Positions 58,171 to 64,000 of a stretch of DNA of 64,000 nucleotides are shown piece after piece. A model generated the notes under the pieces. The model made no database searches and had not been told where the DNA came from. It saw only the letters and a program-made list of their open reading frames with translations. The translations under genes were made by a program, and so were the position numbers. Position 1 is the first letter of the stretch; every line of letters starts with the position of its first letter. The stretch covers positions 64,001 through 128,000 of the forward strand of contig JBDRPD010000054.1 in the NCBI GenBank assembly GCA_043827405.1, in the 5' to 3' direction. This DNA is from Elusimicrobiota bacterium (GTDB lineage: Bacteria; Elusimicrobiota; Elusimicrobia; UBA1565).

Positions 58171-61100
58171 GCCGCGCCTCCCCACAGCCGCGTGCGCCAG
58201 GACTGCAGTACGGCGTAGAGGCAGGGGACCATGAGCAGGGTGATGACGGTGCCGAAGAGCAGCCCCCAGCTTAGCGCGAGCATCATCTCGGCCAGCATGT
58301 CGTCGTAGCCTGCCAGGCCGTAGGCGGTGGGCAGCACGCCCGCCACCGTGGTCAAAGTGGTGAGGATGACCGCGCGCAGGCGCGTCTTGGAGACTCCCGC
58401 GATCTTCCGGTTGATTTCGCCGGCCGCAGCGGGGGCGACGAACTCGTCGTCGAGCTTGACCAGCATGACGATTGAGTCGTTGATGACGACGCCGGCCAGT
58501 CCCAGGGCGCCTACCGCGGCGAAAAAGCCGAAGAGGACCTTGCCGTGCAGCAGGAAGGCCAGGGCCACTCCGGCCGCGCCGAAGGGAATGGCCAGCATGA
58601 TGATGAGGGGCTTTACCCCCGAGTCGAAGAGCACCGCGAGGACGATGTAGATCAGCAGGAGCGTTAAAAGGATGGCGTTTCTGAAGTCCTTCTTGGACGC
58701 CCGCGTATCTTCCACCTCGCCGGTGAAGGTCAGCCGCGTCGTCGGGTACTGGGAAAGGATGTCGGGGAATACCTCGTTTTCAAAGTGCTCGGCGATCTCA
58801 AGCGGCGTCATTTTCGCTTTTTCGATGAGATCGGCGTCGATCGTCGTCGTCCGCTTCATCTCGCGCCGGGAGATGGAGGTCGGCGAGGTGACCTGCTCTA
58901 CCGAAACGATGTCGCGCAGCGGCACCAGGTAGTTGCGCGTGTTCTCGACCGGGATGTCGAGGACCTTCTCGATGTCGTTTTTGGCGTCGTCGACCGTGGT
59001 CAGCCGGGCGCGGACCTCTTCGTCGCCGTTGGAAAACTCGTAGACGATGATGCCTTCCAGCGCGGCGCGGAAGGTCGAGGAGACGTCGGTCGGGGTGATC
59101 GAGAGCCGCTTGATCTTCTCGCGGTTGATGGAGATCCGGTACTCCTTGGTGAAGAAGCCCTCGTCGATCTCGGCGTTTTTCAGCTGCGGATGGCTGTTGA
59201 AGCGCTGGCGCAGCTCAGCGGCGACCTTTTTGCGGATAGCGTCGTTGTTCTCCTGGACGAGAAGCTCGATGGGGCTGCCGGAGTCCGCCCCCCAGCGTCC
59301 CTTGCTGAAGCGTAGCTTGTCGAAGCCCTTGAGTTCCGCGATTTTGGCTTCCAGCTCTTTGACGATCTGACCGGCGGACTTCTTGCGCTCTTCCTTGGGT
59401 ACGATCTCGATGAGGTAGCGGAACTGGTTCTCCTCAACGGCGCCGCCGCGCCGGCCGCGCGCTATCATGGTGCGAAAGCCCACCATTTCCTTGCCGATAT
59501 AGGGGATCAGGATATCGTCGATCTGCTGCGTCATGCGGGCGGTATCGTAGCGCGTCGAACCCGGCGGCGTATAGCCGCTGAGCGCGATGTCCCGCGTCTC
59601 TTCGCGGGGGAACATGACGAACTTCATGCGCGCGGCCGACAGATAGGCGATGCCGACCAGGAGCGCCGCCAGCGTCGCGAGTATCAGCCAGCGGTACGGC
59701 AGAACTCTCTCCATGGCGCGGCCGTAAGCCGCTTCGACCTTGTCGAACCAATGGCCGTCGGCCGCGGCCGCTTTCCGCGCGCTGGCCCAGGGCAGGTGCA
59801 GGTTCATGTGGCCGGGCAGGATGAGCAAAGACTCGAACAGGCTCGCTCCCAGCATGAGGAAGATGATGGGGGGGATAAAGGCGACGAAGCGGCCGAAGTG
59901 CCCGGTGAAGAAGAACAGGGGGATGAAGGCGATGCAGGTGGTCACGACGCTGGCGATGATGGGCATCATCACGTAGGCCGTGGCCTTGACCACGGCGACG
60001 CTCTGTTCGACGCCCTTCTGCACCTCGCGGGTGATGTCTTCCGCCACGACGATGGCGTCGTCGACGACGATGCCGAGCACGATGATGACGGCGGCCAAGG
60101 TCGTCCCATTGATGGTATAGCCGAGCCAGGCGCCCATGATCATGGTAAAGGCGATGGTGAAGGGGATGCCCATCGCCACCCAGACGCCGGAGCGCTTGTC
60201 CAGGAAGATGAACAGCGTGCCCAAAATAAGGAGAAAGCCGATGCCGCCGTTGATGCCGATCAAAGACAGGCGGTTGCGCACGTCGATCGATTCGTCGTCG
60301 AGCAGGACGGCGCGGATCGTGGTCCCTTTAAGGTTGTTTTTACGATAGCGTTCGACGGCCGCTGTGACGGCGTCGAGCGAGTCGAGAATGCCGAAGGACG
60401 GGCTCTTGACGATGCTGAACATGACGGCCTCGCGGCCGTTGACCTTGATGACGGACTTGTTCTTCTCGTAGGTGGCCTCGATTTCGGCGACCTGGCCGAG
60501 CCGGATCACCTGGCCCTCGAATCCGCCCTGCACCACGAGGTCGCCGAGGCGTTCGACGGTGTTGAGCTCGGAGAGCAGGGTGACCTTGGGTTCGCCCTTG
60601 GCCTCGATCGAACCCGCCGGCTGGCGGATGTGGTTGGAGCGGATCTCCCGCATCACGGTATTGAAGGGGATGTCGTATTTGACGAGCTTTTGCGGGTAGA
60701 GCCGGATCTGCAGCTCCTCTTTGAGGTAGTTGGACTTGTCAACGCTGTGCACCTGGGGCAGGTTTAACAGCTGGTTTTCCAGGGCGAAGGCGTAGCGCTG
60801 CAGCTCGCGGCGTTTCTCCAGGTCGAAGATCACGGCGTTCTCGTCGTAGAGCGCGACGTCGAGGATGGCCTTCTTGGCGGTCTTGAATACCCGGATCGAG
60901 GGATCGTCGATCACGTCGTCGGGGAACCGCACATCAAGGACGGCGTTGCGGATTTCGGCGATCACCTCGTCGATGTTCGGCAGGTCCGGCTCCAGCTCGA
61001 CCGAGACGCTGCCCTGGCCGACGGAGCTCGTGCCGGAAAGGCGGTAGACCCCGTCGAGAGAACGGACTTTTTCTTCGATGGGCTTGGTAACGTAGTACTC

Positions 61101-61298
61101 CACGTCTTCCGCCGGCGCACCCGGATAGCTTACCGATATGCTCACCCGGTCGAAGGTCACCGCCGGCATCTCCTCCTTCTTGGTCTGCCGCCACGCGAAG
61201 GCGCCGCCGATCAGGACCAGGAGGAACAGGAGGTTGGTCAGCAGGTGTCTTTTTGCGAAATAGGCGATGAAGTGTTCAAGGGGTGTATAGTCCGGCAC
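58167..61298 (-). CDS. RND efflux transporter permease (AcrB-like)
   Basis: YPGA, TKPIE, LGIVVDDAIVVAE, GVVINDSIV, RLRAVILTTLTT. Start placed at GTG 61298 because ATG 61325 falls inside the ECF promoter spacer. Confidence 0.92.
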   Translation of the reverse strand: MPDYTPLEHFIAYFAKRHLLTNLLFLLVLIGGAFAWRQTKKEEMPAVTFDRVSISVSYPGAPAEDVEYYVTKPIEEKVRSLDGVYRLSGTSSVGQGSVSVELEPDLPNIDEVIAEIRNAVLDVRFPDDVIDDPSIRVFKTAKKAILDVALYDENAVIFDLEKRRELQRYAFALENQLLNLPQVHSVDKSNYLKEELQIRLYPQKLVKYDIPFNTVMREIRSNHIRQPAGSIEAKGEPKVTLLSELNTVERLGDLVVQGGFEGQVIRLGQVAEIEATYEKNKSVIKVNGREAVMFSIVKSPSFGILDSLDAVTAAVERYRKNNLKGTTIRAVLLDDESIDVRNRLSLIGINGGIGFLLILGTLFIFLDKRSGVWVAMGIPFTIAFTMIMGAWLGYTINGTTLAAVIIVLGIVVDDAIVVAEDITREVQKGVEQSVAVVKATAYVMMPIIASVVTTCIAFIPLFFFTGHFGRFVAFIPPIIFLMLGASLFESLLILPGHMNLHLPWASARKAAAADGHWFDKVEAAYGRAMERVLPYRWLILATLAALLVGIAYLSAARMKFVMFPREETRDIALSGYTPPGSTRYDTARMTQQIDDILIPYIGKEMVGFRTMIARGRRGGAVEENQFRYLIEIVPKEERKKSAGQIVKELEAKIAELKGFDKLRFSKGRWGADSGSPIELLVQENNDAIRKKVAAELRQRFNSHPQLKNAEIDEGFFTKEYRISINREKIKRLSITPTDVSSTFRAALEGIIVYEFSNGDEEVRARLTTVDDAKNDIEKVLDIPVENTRNYLVPLRDIVSVEQVTSPTSISRREMKRTTTIDADLIEKAKMTPLEIAEHFENEVFPDILSQYPTTRLTFTGEVEDTRASKKDFRNAILLTLLLIYIVLAVLFDSGVKPLIIMLAIPFGAAGVALAFLLHGKVLFGFFAAVGALGLAGVVINDSIVMLVKLDDEFVAPAAAGEINRKIAGVSKTRLRAVILTTLTTVAGVLPTAYGLAGYDDMLAEMMLALSWGLLFGTVITLLMVPCLYAVLQSWRTRLWGGAA

Positions 61299-61303
61299 AT
61301 GGG

Positions 61304-61334
61304 TTAGACGTTGATGCGGGGTCATAAGTGTCGC
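61304..61334 (-). promoter_or_regulatory. ECF sigma-dependent promoter of the RND-TolC operon
   Basis: Minus strand GCGACACTT-N15-CGTCTAA. Confidence 0.65.
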
Positions 61335-61363
61335 GGAACTTGTACAATCAATCGGCTTAAGCG

Positions 61364-61894
61364 ATGACGGAAAGAGACGATAATATAATAAAAAAAGTTC
61401 AGTCCGGCGATACGGAAGCCTATGCTGAACTGGTGCGGCGGCACCATCAGAGCATTTTGCGGCTATGCCGTTCCATGCTGGGCGGCGGCGCCGACGCCGA
61501 GGATGCCGCCCAGGAATCCTTTATCAAGGCCTACCGTTCTCTAGCGGGATACCAGGGGCAGGCTTCCTTCTCTACCTGGATATACCGGATCGCTTCCAAC
61601 AAGTGCCTGGATGTGCTGAGAAAAAGGGGACGCGAGAGAGCCGAGCCGTTGGAGGCCGCGGGAGAGCTGGCGGAACCCGTTGAGGACCTGGAGAGCCGCG
61701 AGCAGGCGGCGGCCCTGCTTTCCGAGCTGTCTCCGGAGTACCGCCTGGCGCTGACTTTGCGGGAGCTCCAGGGCTTTACCTATGAGGAAATCGCCGAGAC
61801 CATGAACTGCTCTTTGGACTCGGTCAAGGCGCGGCTGAGACGCGCGCGCGCTGAGCTGGCGCGACACTTTTTAGTGTCCCGGAGCGTCCAATGA
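61364..61894 (+). CDS. ECF RNA polymerase sigma factor
   Basis: DAEDAAQESF, FSTWIYRIASN, YEEIAE, SVKARLRRAR. Confidence 0.93.
   Translation: MTERDDNIIKKVQSGDTEAYAELVRRHHQSILRLCRSMLGGGADAEDAAQESFIKAYRSLAGYQGQASFSTWIYRIASNKCLDVLRKRGRERAEPLEAAGELAEPVEDLESREQAAALLSELSPEYRLALTLRELQGFTYEEIAETMNCSLDSVKARLRRARAELARHFLVSRSVQ
61861..61891 (+). promoter_or_regulatory. ECF sigma-dependent promoter inside the 3' end of the sigma gene
   Basis: GCGACACTT-N15-CGTCCAA, matching the site at 61304-61334. Confidence 0.65.
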
Positions 61895-61907
61895 GTAAGA
61901 GGACAGC

Positions 61908-62210
61908 GTGACCGACGATGAAATAACGGAGAAAATCCGCCGGCTGTTTTCCCTGGAGCCGATGCCCGGCCCGGATGACGGCTTCGTCCGCGGCGTCATG
62001 GCGGTGATCAGAAAGGAGGAGGCCGCCGGCATCGAACTGCCCTTTCGCTGGTGGGCGCCGGCTTTCGCTTTCGGCCTGGCCGCCGCTATTTTTGTGTTCA
62101 GCCTGCCGCAGCCGGAGACCGCGGCATCCGCCGGTATCATGCTCGCGGCCGCGGATACGGAGCCGGCCGGCATTGACGAAATGCTGGGGATATCGTTGGA
62201 GGAGCAATGA
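61908..62210 (+). CDS. Putative single-TM anti-sigma factor
   Basis: Directly follows the ECF gene; P..DGFVRGVM motif then one TM helix. Confidence 0.65.
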   Translation: MTDDEITEKIRRLFSLEPMPGPDDGFVRGVMAVIRKEEAAGIELPFRWWAPAFAFGLAAAIFVFSLPQPETAASAGIMLAAADTEPAGIDEMLGISLEEQ

Positions 62211-62572
62211 AGCTGGACAAGAGGCAGGTCGCGATGTGGCTCAGCCTGGGCGCGGTCCTCGGGGCCCTCATAGTCGGCGTACTGGGAAGGTGCCATTTCC
62301 AGCGTCACAAGCGCTACCGCGACCCCGAGCATGTGGTCAGGAAGATCAGCTCCGGCCTTGATCTCGCTCCGGAGCAGCAGCTGGAGATTAAAAAAATAAT
62401 CATTAAAAAACAAGAAGATTTCAATTCCCTGCGCGATGAGGCCAAGGCCAAGCGCAAGGTCCTGCGGGAGGATATGCGCGACCATATCCGAAAAGTGCTC
62501 ACCCCCGAACAGGCGGCCAAGTTCAACGAGCGCGTCGCCAAATGGGACAAGCCTCACAAGCGCCGTAATTGA
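62207..62572 (+). CDS. Spy/CpxP-like periplasmic (heavy-metal sensor) protein
   Basis: N-terminal TM, LDLAPEQ and VLTPEQAAKF (LTxxQ motifs). Confidence 0.75.
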   Translation: MKLDKRQVAMWLSLGAVLGALIVGVLGRCHFQRHKRYRDPEHVVRKISSGLDLAPEQQLEIKKIIIKKQEDFNSLRDEAKAKRKVLREDMRDHIRKVLTPEQAAKFNERVAKWDKPHKRRN

Positions 62573-62665
62573 CCCGCCTCAATATCCCCCGCCATTAGTT
62601 TTTTGTACCATGCAGGCGCTGCCAATGCGCGAGGCGGTAGGCGCTGACAGAAGGAGAGAAACACT

Positions 62666-63610
62666 ATGCGAAAGAAAGTATCGTTGATCGGCGGCGGACA
62701 GATCGGCCAGATTTTGGCCATGCTCGCCGCGCAGAAGGAGCTGGGCGACATCGTCGTTTTGGACATTCCGGAGCTCGAGGGCGCCGTCAAGGGCAAGGCT
62801 TTGGACCTGGTGGAGATGGCTCCGCACGGGAACTATGACGCGAACCTTATCGGTACCAGCAACTTCGAGGATATTAAGGATTCCGATGTCGTTATCATCA
62901 CCGCGGGCCTGCCGCGCAAACCCGGCATGACGCGCGAGGATTTGCTCGCTACCAACATCAAGATCATCAGCAACGCGGCCAAGCAGGTCAAGAAGTACGC
63001 CCCCAAGGCTTTCTGCATCGTCGTGACCAACCCGCTGGACGCGATGGTCTACGTCTTCCACAAGGTCAGCGGACTGCCCAAGAACCAGGTCGTCGGCATG
63101 GCCGGACAGCTTGATGCCGGCCGCTGGCGTGCCTTCATCGCCATGGAGCTCGGCGTCTCGGTCGAGGACGTGGCCGGCACCGTGCTGGGCGGTCATGGAC
63201 CGACCATGGTTCCGCTTCCGCGGCTCACCACCGTGGGCGGCGTGCCGCTGACCGACCTCCTCGACAATGCGGCGATCGAGCGCATCTCCAAGCGTACCGC
63301 CGAGGCGGGCACCGAGATCGTGAAGCTGCTGGGCAAGGGCTCCGCCTTTTTCAGCCCCGCCTACAGCGCGATCAGCATGGCCGAGGCCTATCTCAAGGAC
63401 AAGAAGCGCCTCATCCCCTGCGCGGCGCTGTGCGAGGGGGAGTACGGCGTGGACGGGCTCTACCTCGGCGTGCCGGTGCGCATCGGCGCCGGCGGCGTAG
63501 AGAAAGTCTATGAGATTACTCTCACCGACGACGAGAAGGCGAAGCTCGCCAAGACGATCGAGGCCGTCAAGGTCACCGTTAAGGAGTGCGACGTCGAGGT
63601 GACCGCGTAG
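62666..63610 (+). CDS. mdh: Malate dehydrogenase (LDH-like)
   Basis: IGGGQIG, TAGLPRKPGMTREDL, VTNPLD, LGGHG. Confidence 0.95.
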   Translation: MRKKVSLIGGGQIGQILAMLAAQKELGDIVVLDIPELEGAVKGKALDLVEMAPHGNYDANLIGTSNFEDIKDSDVVIITAGLPRKPGMTREDLLATNIKIISNAAKQVKKYAPKAFCIVVTNPLDAMVYVFHKVSGLPKNQVVGMAGQLDAGRWRAFIAMELGVSVEDVAGTVLGGHGPTMVPLPRLTTVGGVPLTDLLDNAAIERISKRTAEAGTEIVKLLGKGSAFFSPAYSAISMAEAYLKDKKRLIPCAALCEGEYGVDGLYLGVPVRIGAGGVEKVYEITLTDDEKAKLAKTIEAVKVTVKECDVEVTA

Positions 63611-63633
63611 GCGTCAGCCTCAAGTCGATTGAA

Positions 63634-63667
63634 AAGCCGGGGGAGGGCCAAGGCCCTTCCCCGGCTT
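63634..63667 (+). terminator. Stem-loop downstream of mdh, probably a terminator or stabiliser
   Basis: aagccgggggagggcc-aa-ggcccttccccggctt; short U tail. Confidence 0.55.
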
Positions 63668-63697
63668 ATCGATTCCGCGTTCATTCAAGGAGCTATC

Positions 63698-64000
63698 ATG
63701 CTAGCACGCAAGAAGATTGCCGTGATCGGGGCGGGCCATATCGGATCGGCGCTGATCGGGGGGATGCTCAACGCCAAGCTAGCCGCGCCCGGGCAGATCG
63801 TCGCAACCCGGCGCAGCGCCGCCGCCCGCGATGAGCTCAAAAAGAAGTGGGGCATCGCCGCGACCGGCGACAACCGCAAGGCCGCCGCCAAGGCGGACAT
63901 TCTGCTGATCGCGGTCAAACCGCAAAACGCGCGCGAGGTGCTGGAGGACCTCGCTCCGGCCGTCACCACCCGGCACCTGCTGGTCAGCGTTATGGCCGGC
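63698..64000 (+). CDS. proC: Pyrroline-5-carboxylate reductase (partial, runs off window end)
   Basis: IAVIGAGHIGSALIGG, ILLIAVKPQ, LVSVMAG; SD aaggag. Confidence 0.9.
   Translation, partial: MLARKKIAVIGAGHIGSALIGGMLNAKLAAPGQIVATRRSAAARDELKKKWGIAATGDNRKAAAKADILLIAVKPQNAREVLEDLAPAVTTRHLLVSVMAG

Noticed and set aside
63634..63667. GGGCC-AA-GGCCC resembling the regulon palindrome
   Set aside because: The spacer is wrong, there is no paired site, and it is part of a longer stem-loop right after mdh, so a terminator fits better.

Overview
GC-rich, gene-dense chromosomal window from a diderm bacterium (TolC, outer-membrane metal receptor), probably anaerobic or microaerobic (rubrerythrin, bacterioferritin, class I fumarase, NifX-like and polyferredoxin proteins). 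The style of its many secreted orphan proteins suggests an uncultured Elusimicrobiota-like lineage, but that is only an impression. Housekeeping genes include glnS, fumarase, an aminotransferase, tdh, gpmI, glpK, mdh and proC. Main observations: (1) A tightly coupled operon at 32.7-40.3 kb (fni, class II hmgR, mvk, ubiX, ubiD, AcnX large and small subunits, ipk) encodes every step from HMG-CoA onward of the archaeal, Aeropyrum-type mevalonate pathway. It has no HMG-CoA synthase and is followed by a tautomerase and an Ap4A phosphorylase. (2) A paired 16-bp palindrome (YRGGnC-N4-GnCCYR) lies at a near-fixed distance from the -10 box, centred near -41.5, at five loci upstream of six secreted orphan genes, three with HExxH motifs. 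This looks like an undescribed activator regulon. (3) An ECF promoter (GCGACACTT-N15-CGTCYAA) occurs twice and links an ECF/anti-sigma/Spy-like locus to an RND-TolC pump with no adaptor gene. (4) Also present: a GlnRS with altered active-site motifs, a pseudo-histidine kinase, tandem CNNM paralogues, several apparently leaderless genes, and a small IS1182-like/XRE scar at about 43 kb. No rRNA, tRNA or CRISPR array was seen.
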